Below are positions 1 through 12,714 of a stretch of DNA of 64,000 nucleotides, one piece after another; within the stretch, counting starts at the first letter, position 1, and each line of letters starts with the position of its first letter. The DNA lies in the NCBI GenBank assembly GCA_030390025.1, contig CM059438.1:64916001-64980000 (forward strand), read 5' to 3'. Under the pieces are notes generated by a model. That model was not told the DNA's origin and did no database searches. It worked only from the letters and a program-made list of their open reading frames with translations. A program made the position numbers and the translations under genes. Origin of the DNA: Squalus acanthias. Taxonomy: Eukaryota.

Positions 1-594
1 TATTCCACCTTGAGGTTGCACAGCTAGAATGTGATCTTAATGTGTTAGCTCGATGTCGGCATCAAAATAATCAAGTCTGCCTTTCCAGACCTGAATCAAT
101 AACAACTTATAATTCTGTTCAATGATCAACGTTAATGTAAATTATTGGACGAGAAGTTCCTGCAGCAGTGATATTGGTGATATTGCTCCCTGATCCTCCA
201 GTGGCGAATTTACTGGAGAACTGATTCGAAGAGGCCACAGCAAGCACAGCAGCGAATCAGAAGTGATGCAGCTAATGGCCAATGGCCAATTCTTGGTGGC
301 GGTAAACCTAAGATGGCCTCTTGGCTCTCTTCAATGTCACAAATGATGGAGCGGCACAAACACTCAGGAAATTCTGGTGTGGCTTAAGTGACAGTGCAAG
401 CCACAGATGCAATAATTTCCTAGCAGTTTTGTACCATAAAACGGCCCCGACAATATAGATTCACCATTACAATGGAGTTAGTCTCTGGACCATTACATCT
501 TTGGGTCAGAAAGGTAAAATCTCAGGCCTGGGACTCCAAACTTTAACATCTGTCAATGGACTAAGATGAATGCATAAATTAGATCCAAAGAGGA

Positions 595-2539
595 GTCATA
601 TAAAGTTGCCAGAAAAAGTAGTAAGCCTGAGGATTGGGAGCAGTTTAGAGTTGAGCAAAAAAAGGACCAAGAGATTGATTAAGAGGGGAAAAATAGAGTA
701 AGAGAGTAAACTTGCAAGGAACATAAAAGTGGACTGTAAAAGGTTCTACAAGTATGTAAAAAGAAAAAGATTAGTGAAGACAAATGTAGGTCCCTTACAG
801 TCAGAAACGGGAGAATTTATAATGGGGAACAAGGAAATGGCTGAGCAATTAAACAAATATTTTGGTTCTGTCTTCACGGAAGAGGACACGAATAACTTCC
901 CAGAACTGCGAGGGAACCAAGGGTCTAGTGAGAAGGAGGAATTAAAGGAAATTAGTATTAAGCTGATAAATCCCCAAGGCCTGATAATCTTCATCCCAGA
1001 GTACTAAAAGAGGTAGCCATGGAAATAGTGGATGCATTGGTTGTCATCCTCCAAAATTCTACAGATTATGGAACAGTTCCAGCAGATTGGAGGGTTGCAA
1101 ATGTAACCCCACTATTTAAAAAAGATGGGAGAGAGAAAACCGGGAACTACAGACCGGTTAGCCTAGTAGGGAAAATGCTAGAATCTATTATAAAGGATGT
1201 GATAACAGGACACTTAGAAAATATCAACGGGATTAGACAAAGTCAACATGGATTTATGAAAGGGAAATCGTGTTTGACAAACCTACTGGAGTTTTTTGAG
1301 GATGTAACTGGTAGAATAGATAAGGGAGAACCAGTGGATGTGGTGTATTTGGATTTTCAGAAGGCTTTTGATAAAGTCCCACATAAGAGGTTAGTGTGCA
1401 AAATTAAAGCACATGGGATTGAAGGTAATATACTGGCATGGATTGAAAATTGGTTAACAGACAGGAAACAGAGAGTAGGAATAAATGGATCTTTTTCGGG
1501 GTGGCAGGCAGTGACTAGTGGGGTACCGCAGGGATCAGTGCTTGGGCCCTAGCTATTCACAATATATATCAATGATTTGGATGAGGGAACCAAATGTAAT
1601 ATTTCCAAGTTTGCTGACGACACAAAGCTAGGTGGGATTGTGAGTTGTGAGAAGAATGCAAAGATGCTTCAAGGCAATTTAGACAGGTTGAGTGAGTGGG
1701 CAAATACATGGCAGCTGCAGTATAACGTGGATAAATGTGAAGTTATCCACTTCGGTAGGAAAAACAGAAAGGTAGAGTATTATTTATATGGTGATAGATT
1801 GGGAAATGCTGATGTACAAAGGGACCTGGGTGTCCTTGTACACCAGTCACTGAAAGCAAACATGCAGGTGCAGCAAGCAGTTAGGAAGGCAAAAGGTATG
1901 TTGACCTTCATTGCAAGAGGATTTGAGTACAGGAGCAAGGATGTCTTACTACAGTTGTACAGTGCCTTGGTGAGACCACACCTGGAGTACTGTGTGCAGT
2001 TTTGGTCTCCTTACCTAAGAAAGGATATACTTGCCATAGAGGGAGTGCAGCGAGGTTCACCAGACTGATTCCTGGGATGGCAGGACTGTCGTATGAGAGA
2101 GATTGGGTTGACTAGGCCTGAGTTCACTTGAGTTTAGAAGAATGAGAGGGGATCTCATTGAAACGTATAAAATTCAGACAGGGCTAGACAGACTGGATGC
2201 AGGGAGGATGTTTCCCCTGGCTGATGGGTCTAGAACGAGGGGTCAGTCTCAGGATATGGGGTAGGACATTTAGGACTGAGATGAGGAGAAATTTCTTCAC
2301 TCAGAGGGTGGTGAACCTATGGAATTCTCTACCACAGAAGGCTGTGGAGGCCAAGTCACTGAATATATTTAAGAAGGAGATAGATAGATTTCTAGACACA
2401 AAAGGCATCAAGGGGTATGGGGAGAGAGCGGGAATATTGTATTGAGATAGAGGATCAGCCATGATCATATTGAATGATGGAGCAGGCTCGAAGGCCCGAA
2501 TGGCCTACTCCTGCTCCTATTTTTCTATGTTTCTATGTT
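595..2539 (+). mobile_element. 5'-truncated CR1-clade LINE (ORF2 reverse transcriptase pseudogene plus 3' UTR and (TTCTATGT)n tail)
   Basis: ORF fragments 729-1007, 1019-1552, 1577-2068 and 2197-2445 carry CR1 RT motifs (NYRPVSL, QHGFMKGKSCLTNL, YLDFQKAFDKVPH, SGVPQGSVLGP, SKFADDTKL, FFTQRVVNLWNSLP), broken by stops and frameshifts. Ends in the typical 3' stem-loop and octamer repeat. Confidence 0.95.
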
Positions 2540-3227
2540 TATTCTTCCTCTTACTGAAGCACATAGGGCTATTTATTTCTTTGGGTTGAGAAAAGACAGA
2601 CAGAGGGGAGTGTTGTGATGTATCTCCCACGAGGAGGATTGAAGTGTCCTGCGTTGTTCAAACAGCCTAAGGGGGTCGGAGAGGAATTTACCAGATTTTT
2701 TGTTCCCTAATTGGCCTTGTGTTTTTATCTGTTTATTTTTGCCTTTCCCAAGAGATTATATGCCTGCTGGTGGGTAGGAGGCATCCAATTGTGATGCTTC
2801 AAGCATCGCGTCTGTGTGGGGCAGGTTTGATGGACCAGATAGTCGTTCCCTTCCCATCATGTTTGTATGTTCGCACCATTGTTGGAGGTTAGTCAAAAGG
2901 AAATGATCTCTTTAAGAACAATACAGTGGTTGTGAAAATTGAACACTCGGTGGGGAGCTGGGGGTTCAAATTGAAGTTCAGACCAAGTCATTGGGTGAGG
3001 TGTTGCTGTGAGCGTTAGACTTGCCTATAGACTTTCTATGGGGTTTATCATGGCAAGTTGCTGTCAGTGGGACTTCCAAATGGTACTGCGCCCTCTACAG
3101 GGCATCTGGGACCTGTGTGAACAGGACAAGCAACTGTGTATCTCCTCAAATAATCGGATTGAAGAATCGTTAATGAACAGCACAGAGCCTGAAGTGTAAG
3201 TTAGAATAGTGAATTCAATGTCACGTC

Positions 3228-3737
3228 AGGTACAGAAAGCGACATAAAGAGAGGGGAAGAAAGATTGGATTAAGAGGCAGAGATAAAAAAATACAAAGAA
3301 AAAGTTTTTAAAAATTGTATTTAATTTTTTTAAATCTCCAACAATAATTAAAAGCTGAAGGAATGAGACTCCGTGCTTGTAAAAGTTAATTTTCAGTGCC
3401 AGAGTGGTTGTTTGGCAGTAATTAAGACTTATCACACTGTTAAATAGGGTACTTGGACTGCAAATGACAAGCTCTAACTTTTTGTGGCCAGCTTAGTCCG
3501 TATCTACGACATCAGTACAGGAACTTCACGCCGTTCAATACATTTGAATGAGGGGCCAGACAGCAAGAGACCGTTTTCACGCAGTTTACGGAGGAGCAAC
3601 ACATCTCGGACAGGAACTTTCAAATTTTCGCGTTTAACTGCAAATCTCCATTCGCTGGAAGTTGCTGTCTGCTTTGCGCATAAATAATCGTGAGAGCCAT
3701 TCATCTCTACCAGTATTTTCAGAGCAAAATCTGGGCC
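3228..3737. mobile_element. Truncated Harbinger-type MITE (family F)
   Basis: Ends in GCAAAATCTGGGCC, similar to the TIRs at 30010/37268 and 38557/41791. Body is homologous to 41313-41791. Left TIR not found. Confidence 0.7.
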
Positions 3738-3749
3738 AATATGGTTAAA

Positions 3750-5945
3750 GATCAAAGTTTAACACAAGAGGATTGTTACATTAGTGCAGTTGTACTACAG
3801 ACCCCCTAATTGTGGGAGGGAAATAAAAGAAGACATTTTTAATAGATCAGGGAGATAATTAGGAAAAACAGCATTATCATTCCAGGAGATTTCAATTGTC
3901 CACTTATTCATTGGGACACGGAGGGAATAAACAGAGAAAAGGCAATGTAATTCCTAAAATGTCTGCATCTGCTCAAACAGTATGTCCATATGTCTAAAAG
4001 GCGAGAGGTGTTGTTAGATCTAGATCTGAGTAACGGAATAGATCAGGTAGATGAGTTAAAAGTGGATGAGCACCCCGGGAGTAGTGACCACAACAGGAAA
4101 GTCCAAATAGGAAGGGAAAAGATGGTAGAGAAACAAGGGCATCAGATTGGAATAAGACAGATTTTAGATAGATGTGAAATGAACTAGCTGAGCTGAGTTG
4201 AAAAGAGACACTGGCACACAGGACTGTAGATCAAGAATGTGATATTTTTAAAAAGGAGAGTGCAAAGGTGCAGAATAAATATAAGCCGTTAATAAAGGAG
4301 GCTGCTTCAAGCTTCAGGATGTCATGGATAAACAAAGAGGTTAGCAACAACACTGAAGAAGAGGGCATAAGGGGCCTCTAGGCATGAGCAAAGGAAGATA
4401 GGATATGAGAAAATAAGGACAGAGGTTAAGAAGGGATAAAGAAAGCAAGGAGGGAGTTTCACAGAATCACAGAATCCCCACAGTGCAGATAGAGGCCATT
4501 TCGGCCCATCGAGCCTGCACCGACACATATCCCACCCTATCCCCGTAACCCCACGTATTTAATCCCCCTAACACTAAGAGTCAATTTATCATAGCCAAAT
4601 CAACCTAACCCGCACATCTTTGGACTGTGGGAGGAAACCGGAGCACCCGGAGGAAACCCACGCAGACACGGGGAGAATGTGCAAACTCCACAGACAGTCA
4701 CGCGAGGCTGGATTTGAACCCGGGTCCCTGGTGCTGTGAGGCAACAGTGCTAACCACTATGCCACCGTGTTTGAGCAGAGAATCTAAAAAATATTAAAAG
4801 AAACAGTATTCTACAAATATATCAGTAAAAAGAAAATTGGTTAACCTGAGGTGGGACCCCTGGCAGGAGAAGATAGTGAGTTAGCAGAGGATAAATGGAA
4901 ATTGGCAGGGATACTTAACCAGTACTCCACATCAGTGTTTACGAACGAGAAGGATGTTGGGGAGGAGTTAAATCCTGAATTGGTTAAAAGCGAGTTGAGA
5001 AACATTACAATGAATAAAAGAAAAGTATTGGAGAAGCTGATAAGCTAAAGGACAAAGTGAACGGACCTGATTGCATCCATCCCTGGATCCTGAGAGGAAT
5101 GGGGGAAGAAAAATAAGAGACCTAAGCATTATATTTCAGGCTCTACTGAGAATGATTGTGTGCCGAAGGACTGGAGAGTAATTAATGTAATACCCATTTT
5201 CAAACAGGGAGACAGAGCTAAGATGGAGAACTACAGGTCAGGTAGTTTAACATCTGTGTTTGGGGAAACTTTGAGATCTTTAATTAAAGTTGAAATTAAT
5301 AAACATCCAGATAAATAGAAAATAATTTGAAGTGACCAATGCAGTTTTCAGAAAGGAGGATTGTGCTTGACAAATCCAATTGAGTTCTTTGAGGAGCTGA
5401 TAGGCCAGATGGATGGAGACCAAAGGAAACTGCAAGGGAATATTGATAAGATGGTGAAATGGGTAAAAAATATGGCAGATGGAATTCAATGTCAGTAAGT
5501 GTGAGGTGATACATTTTGGTTAAGATCATTAAAAAAATGGATGGGTGATGTGAAAGAGAAGATCTGGGGGTTCAGGTTCACATGACATTAAGAGCAGCAC
5601 CTCAAGTCAATAAAGCTATTAAAAAAAAGCTAATGGAATACTGGGTTTCATGGCAAGAGATATAGAATATAAAAATTGGGATGTGATGGTGAACCTATAT
5701 AAAACCTTAGAAAGACCAAAGTCAGTGTATTGTGCGTAGTTTCAGGCTCCACACTTTAGGAAGGATGTTGAGGCAATAGAGAGGGCACAATGCAAATTCT
5801 AGGATGCTAGCTTGCTGCCTGGTATGAGGAAATTGAGATACAAAGAAAGATTTGAAGAACTGGTGCTGTTTTCTTTAGAACAGAGAAGCTTACATGATAG
5901 TTTGTTATAGGTGTTTAAAATAATGAAACGATGGGACAAGTAAAT
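3750..5945 (+). mobile_element. Old, heavily degenerate CR1 LINE fragments (endonuclease to RT)
   Basis: Remnants such as GDFN-like at ~3886, LLDLDLS..GSSDHN, NYR-like at ~5230 and the 5690-5770 RT C-terminal region; many indels; interrupted by a SINE at 4461-4769. Confidence 0.75.
4461..4769 (-). mobile_element. HE1-like V-SINE (tRNA-derived head, CR1-type tail)
   Basis: Minus strand reads CACGGTGGCATAGTGGTTAGCAC (A box) ... GGTTCAAATCC (B box). Has the V-domain TTTCCTCCGGGTGCTCCGGTTTCCTCCCACAGTCCAAAGATGTGC and a (ATTCTGTG)n tail. Confidence 0.9.
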
Positions 5946-6149
5946 ATATGGGATTAGGACGACTGCTCATATGGAAGATAAACAACACACACTGGTTGGG
6001 CTGAACAGACTGTATCCGTGTTGCAATTTATCTGTAAAGCCATACAGATCCACTCAAAACCAGTACTTTGCAGCTTCTCCAATGTTTTATACAAAATTCC
6101 AGTCACTGAATAGCAAATCATGGCTTGTAGGAAGTATAGAGAAAGGCAG

Positions 6150-6552
6150 GTATTGATGCACCACCTTAAACATTCACTCCCTCCACCACCGGCATACCGT
6201 AGCTGCAGTGTGTAACATCTACAAGATGGACTGCAGCAATGCGCCTTCTTCGACAGCACCTCTCAAACCCGACCTCGACCACCTAGAAGGACAAGGGCAG
6301 CAGGCGCATGGGAACACCACCACCTCCAAGTCACACACCATCCTGGCTTGGAAATATATCGCCCTTCGTTCATCGTCACTGGGTCAAAATCCAGGAACTC
6401 CCTCCCTAATAGCACTGTGGGAGCACCTTCACCACACGGACTGCAGTGGTCCAAGAAGACAGCTCATCACCATCTCCTCAAGGGCAATGAGGAATGGGCA
6501 ATAAATGCTGGCCTTGACGGCGACGCCCACATCCCGTGAATGAATTAAAAAA
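6150..6552 (+). mobile_element. 3' fragment of a second CR1/L2-group LINE family (tail GCCCACATCCC...AAAA)
   Basis: Homologous to the reverse complements of 27045-27450 and 19895-20239. Confidence 0.85.
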
Positions 6553-7899
6553 AGGTTGCCACACCATCCCAAATCACTTGACCTATTGTGACTTTTCTTA
6601 TAGATAATCTCATCATTTCAACATATCACTTGTTCATGGTTTAAATTCTACCATATGCGGAATGAAACATTCCTAACTTCTTAATATATTTCACGTAATC
6701 ATGAAACAAGTAACGGGTTTATTTCAAGAGTACATTGACAAATATTTCGCACCAAAATTGCTACAATATGATAACTCTCTACAACGTAAGCTCCAACTCA
6801 TGGACCTTTTGTTGCATTTTTCATGAGGTGTGAGATGGGCAAAACAGTTTTTTTTTAAGAAAAATACTGACAAAATACGTCGTAGTCTGGTGATGAACAG
6901 TCTCTGGTAACTCAGTAAACTCCATTTCGTAGCAGGAGTGACAGCAAATAAGCACTGGGTAGTCGCTTAAATAACCATTGGCCCTGCTGTCGATTATTCT
7001 GCTTCACCGTCCACTCAAAACATGGCTGCATCACATTCAGAAAATATGATGGATGTAGTGCGTTTTTAAAAATATTGTGTTTACGAGAAACCGGTTTGCG
7101 AGGGGAGAACAGGCCTTATATTTCCACTTGTGCTATTGCCTGTATCTTAATCAGAGACTTCATTGCCCCTGAGTTTGGAATGCAGGCCATTGGCAGACAT
7201 ATTTCTTACCTTGAACCTGCCCTCCCTCTATACATTATTCTCCATTTAGGCCATGAGTGGCAATTTTATTTTTAAATGTGCTTTTATTTAAAAAAAATCA
7301 TAGATCACAAAATGCTTACATGATGCTGTCTCCAATAAGTTAGTGCTCCCCAATATGATCACGGTTAGACTATCTTCAAGTTTGATGATTGGAGACGTTG
7401 TCAGTCTGTTCTCTAAGTATTGGTGAATCTCACACACACTGTTCCAAATCCCCACACTTTCTAGATCAGTTTACAATTTAAATTTTCTAAAATCTACTCT
7501 GGAGACTTCCTCCCCAATTCAAAAGAAAAGTAGTCTGTATTATGTGACCTACTGTGCTGGTCAGACACGATAGACTGTTTTATTTAGTTATTCTCCTTGC
7601 ATCTTCATGCCGGGTTAGTTGAACTCAAAATGAGGCCAAAGCTTGTCCAATTAATTTAAACATTGCTTCGCTGCATATTCCACACTCATCCTGTGTTTAC
7701 GCAGAATTTCAAATTCCTTGCTTCCACAGTTTTGAATAATTTTGTTTAATGAGCAGATTTTATCTGAATTTGATAGCTCTCTCGTGGAGTTGTTTATATT
7801 GTCGTACAATATGCTGCTTATAGTATTGTCATGAGCAAAGTGTGATGGGGAAAGTGAGACACAAGCAGGACTTTTAGTATGCTATAGTTAGCAGTCATT

Positions 7900-8618
7900 G
7901 GGCCGTATTTTGCAATCCCTAGGGGTGCGTACGAGGTGCGCACGCGCCCGTAGGGGCCGCGCAAGTTCCGGGTTTAGGCATGCTTCTTGTCAGATCCTCT
8001 GCATCCCCAGGCAAAGGGCCTCTGCAGGTGGAGAGTTGCGCTATTTCCCAACTTCCGCCCGCTAAAAGGCCATGGAATTCTTACGACTGGTAAAAGCAGG
8101 CGTAAGGCCTGCTCTTACGAGCATAAGAGTTTCAAAAAATAGAAAAATAAAATGTTATCACTCACTTATACATTAAAAACCCGTCCAATAAGATAAGTTT
8201 ATATTTAGCCCCGTTAAAACATATTCAAAAAATTCTAAAAATTAAATTTTTGTTTCAAATATTTAATTAAATGCCATTTTAATTAATGTGATATATGTAA
8301 TTTTTTTTTAATTTATTTCATGTGTTTGTGTATTTTTTAAGTCATCCCCATTCATACTTATGACAGTTTTGTACATATGGAATCCCCATAAGTATGAAGG
8401 GGGATTCCCTTCTTTCATTGGTTGGGCCAGCCCACGTGATCCCAGGGGCACTTGCGAACCGCCTGCGCCCCTGGGATACGTGGGCCTCTGCGCATTTCTA
8501 CCAGGAGAGGCCCAGAATCGGAAGCCTCCATATCTCCCGGACCACCAGGTAAATGCATAGGTTTTTTGATGATCGGAGGCATCACCCATGGGAAGCCTCC
8601 GATCGCAACTTCAGGCCC
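7900..8618. mobile_element. Harbinger-type MITE (family D)
   Basis: Imperfect TIRs GGGCCGTATTTTGCAATC / GATCGCAACTTCAGGCCC; TSD ATT at 7897-7899 and 8619-8621. Shares CCCACGTGATCCCAGGGG with family A. Confidence 0.85.
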
Positions 8619-8813
8619 ATTATATACAATCGAATCCCACATGGTACACTACATGATTTTATTGCTCTCTTTTCACTGAGCTTTTGACTGAGTGCGAGAG
8701 GGTGTGTTTTAAACTACTGAGCCACTGGGGCAAAATCAGCCACTGGGGAGATGAGTGAGGAAGACTTCTTCCAATTGTTATTTGGGATGTAATCATAAAT
8801 CTGTTCTTTATAC

Positions 8814-10470
8814 TGTAGAATTCGCAAATTATCGCGATTTCGAAATAACGAGATAGAGACATGCAGTTTCGTAAAAACAGCTTTATTTCAGCAAAATGCT
8901 GTCAGGTTCAAAAACGGACACAAGAAGCCTGTAAAATGGCCGCCGCGCCTCGTGGCAGAAGCTTCTAGACTTTTCAAGTAGGCAGACAAGATGGCGTTTC
9001 AATAAACATTTCAGCAAGATCGGACAGTACTCAGCATATTGATATAAGACAAGACGCGATCGTTTTGCATTTTTAACACCTAAGCAAGAAATATAAGTGC
9101 TGGAGTCGGTTTTCCATACACAAACGAGGGCTATTGTACTGAGCAATCAAGGGATCATCCAAAGACATTGATACGCAAATTCCCCGTGGCTCTACGATGA
9201 GAGAGCCATTCGCGGGTACTCACAACAAGAATTCGGAGGCCCCCAAAACCCCTCCAGGGAGACTCCTAGCCGGTTCCACAATGGGAGAAACATTAACGGG
9301 TACTTAGACAGTTACAAGTATCACCGAAACCCATTAACGACAAGAACCACCCCATACAAGAAGTTTAAGCGCCAAAACATGACAAAAGATGAACATTAAG
9401 ATTGGGCGGGAGATAAGGAATTACAGTACTATAACTGTAGTGAGCAAACGTCCATCTCTCTCTTGACTCCTGGCTCTTATTCTCTTATTCTCTTGACTCT
9501 TATCCTCTCGACTCGCATGCCTGACGACTTGTGACTTGTGCTCTTGCTGCCCACCGAACTCTGGTTCCGCTGATCTTCCGGGAGTCAACCTCGTGGCTTC
9601 CCGCGAAGATCTGTGAAGAGCTGGACTGCGAAGGCCGGTAAGCGGGTGCACCATCCCGAGGGTCGGTAAACGGTGTAGGGACTCGAAGGCCCGACGAAAC
9701 GAAACAAGACAAGAAGAAGAAGAAGACGACTACACGTGCCGCCGCGGTCAGTAAACCCCGACCGCGCCCGAACTATAAAGACCATTCTTGAACTCTACAG
9801 GTTACCACACGAATTCTACCGCCAACCGGTGTCGGGCACAGGAAGACTCTTCTTTGAGTTTTATCAGGAGTCCGAGGTCAACACAGATCTTCATGACAGC
9901 AGACGGTCCAGCCTGCTAGCCGGAGCAGAGCGAGTAAACAAGTGAGGTGCAGAGATCCCTGGTCCACACGTGGACGGTCAGGTGCTGCAACGAAAGCATC
10001 CGAGCACCGTTTTAGAATTCTTCGAGTTATCACGAGTGGTGAGCATGGTTCTCGATCCTACAGATCTAGATTAGGACAGGTATTGATAGGGGAGGGTTTT
10101 GTTTTAAGGATAATTATAATGTGTGTCCCCTTTTACGATGTGTCGTGCGCTCCTCGTTTCCCTAAACCTAGTTTCATAAATGTATGTAAGCTTGTACTGT
10201 CATTAATCTGTGCTTATGACATGTATTTCGCAATCTTGAACAATATGCAATAAAGATTTTCCATTTCGTACTATTCAACCGGGTCTACCTGAGTTTTCTC
10301 TGCATTACTGCTCTCGCACCTAAGTCCAGTGTCAGAACCGTAAGGGCGAGTGGGTCGAACCACTCACAGGTGTCTAGTGCTACCAGGCTGGCTGGAGACC
10401 AGAGCAGGCAACAAGGCCTAACCCCGCACTAGCAACCAGGCTAAGCACAGAGCCACGCGAACCCCTTACA
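8814..10470 (+). mobile_element. Long solo LTR (1657 bp) of an LTR retrotransposon or endogenous retrovirus
   Basis: Termini TGTA...TACA; 4-bp TSD ATAC at 8810-8813 and 10471-10474; TATAAA at 9774; AATAAA at 10249; visibly CpG-rich compared with its flanks; no recognisable ORF. Confidence 0.8.
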
Positions 10471-11467
10471 ATACTGATGTTTACTATTTTGCCATAAACA
10501 GCCAAATGTTGAAATTATTCTGATTGATTGCAAACCAAAATTATTACAATTTTTGTCTCCAAAAGAATTCCCACTCTGTATTATGAAGTCAATCAATAGA
10601 ACTCCAAACACAAGCAGTTTATTTTATTAAAGGTCGGACTGAAAATAATCTAATATTTTAGGTATATAGAAATGTTATATATATATATTTATATGATAAA
10701 GATTTCTGACTGTCCAACACGAATGTGTGACTTGTTACAGAAATCCATGTGTCATTCTCCCAAGTCCAACCATTTAACTGACCTTGCGCGCCATTTAATG
10801 CGTTTCACATCAAACAGTTGAACTATAATCCTATGCTGGATTTCTTAAATAATAATGAGGTAATATTGCTTTCAATAATGTCCTTGATTCCTGATCAATG
10901 GAATGCAATGGAGAGAACGGGGAACAGCTTCTATGTCTGGTTGCAGTGTTGATGTGAAAAGTTATACTGCTGGTACTTCCACAGCTTGAACCTCAGTATA
11001 CTTTTAATCACGGACAGTCCAGGTAATGACGATGACATTAATGTCTCAATATGTCTAATAGCTTTAAAATATACCACCTTTGACCACAGTAATTTGCAAG
11101 CAGTATTATTGCTGCCAGTATGAATAGTAGAATGGAGCTTTGTTTACAAATATTGGAAAGGTAATCATAAATATACTCTTTGAAGTTGTACCGATGATAG
11201 TCTGTCAAAAAGATGAATGAAGAGCAGGCACTCCACACTTCTGTCCTTCATTGGAGAAGAGACTGCTGATTGACTGCACCATGGAGAGTGGAAATGATGC
11301 TGAGCGAGACAGCAAGCACCTCAGTCTGCATAGGACTAAATGTACTGCCAAAAGATCCAAGCTTTGAAAGTACAGAAAAAAATTTAAATTGTTCATGTTT
11401 TTTTCAACAAACTCAATTCTCTTAAGCTATCTTGTTTCTTTGAAATCTGTAGACATTTCCATTAAGT

Positions 11468-11797
11468 TAAGAACATAAGAACATAAGAAACAGGAGCAGG
11501 AGCAGGCCAATCGGCCCCTCGAGCCTGCCCCGCCATTCAATAAGATCATGGCTGATCCAATCTTGGCCTCAACACCACTTTCCCGCTCTCTCCCCATACC
11601 CCTTGACTCCCTTGTAGTTCAAATGTCTGTCAAACTCCGCCTTGAATATATTCAAAGACTCCGCCTCCACAGCTCTCTGGGGTAGAGAATTCCAAAGATT
11701 CATGACCCTCTGAGAGAAGAAATTCCTCCTCATCTCTGTCTTGAATGGGCGACCCCTTATTCTGAAACTATGCCCCCTAGTTCTAGATACCCCCATT
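11468..11797 (-). mobile_element. CR1 LINE 3' fragment
   Basis: ORF 11569-11820 contains RTRGHSFRIRG..RRNFFSQRVMNLWNSLP; (TTCTTATG)n tail on the minus strand. Confidence 0.9.
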
Positions 11798-11815
11798 AGT
11801 TCCATGGTCCTCTCT

Positions 11816-12180
11816 GGCACAGTTGGTAAATGTCTGGTGTGTTACTGAGCCATGCAAATCAGGAATGTCCTAGGTTCAATCTCTAGTCGGTCATGAGTGG
11901 GCTTATCTCAATCGTGATGCTATTAGGCAATTCTACAAATGGCATTAGAGACCCTAGGGTAGGGAGAGGAAAATACCAACCAGAGTTCCAAGTCCTGAGT
12001 GCTGTTTGGTGGCTGTTGCTGAACTTGCATACGTCTAAGAGGGTCAGACTCACCCCCGCAATAGAAAGATTGCCAGTATTCAGTTTCTACGCACATCTGA
12101 AGAATGGCTACTTGGGTGAGATATCAGAGGACTACTGCACCCCACACACGTCTGTGCCTTCAGGAAAGAGGAGGAGGAAA
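11816..12180 (+). mobile_element. Degenerate tRNA-derived SINE-like element
   Basis: A-box-like GGCACAGTTGGTAA and B-box-like GGTTCAATCTC; a similar fragment lies at ~59765-59880. Confidence 0.5.
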
Positions 12181-12714
12181 TTAACAAATGTAACCAATTA
12201 CACAGAAATGTGTTAAACTGTCGGTGAAAATTATATGTGATGGGCTGAAGTCACGAGATACTACATAGAACTGCAGAGAATCTGCAACACAGAAATAGGT
12301 GATTCGACCCAACTGGTCTATGCCGGTGTTTATAAGAAGAAAGAAAGAACTTGCATTTATATAGCAACTTTCAGGACGTCCTGAAGCATTTTACAGTGAA
12401 TTAGGTACTTTTTTGAAGTGTAGTCACTGTCGTAATATAGGAAATATTATAGTCCACACGAGCTTCCCCCCACTCTAATTACCTCTTCCCACCCTGCTCC
12501 CGTCTCCGTCAATTCCCTTCTCTCTCATATATGGAAAAGCTTGATGCATACATGTATCACTGCTCTCTGCTTCAACCGCTCCATGTGACAGTGAGTTCCA
12601 CGTTCTCACCGCTCTCTGTGTAAAGAATTTTTATCGAAATGTTTAAATTGATCTGTCAGTGGATATCTTATATTAATGCCCCTTGCTCTGGACTGATCCA
12701 CAAGTGGAAACAAT

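Noticed and set aside
147..378. Possible degenerate MITE (GGACGAGAAGTTCCTG ... CAGGAAATTCTGGTG)
   Set aside because: The TIR match is weak and no TSD can be assigned.
9421..10253. Short ORFs inside the 1.66-kb element as viral accessory genes
   Set aside because: All are at most 103 aa, in mixed frames and strands, with no recognisable motifs.
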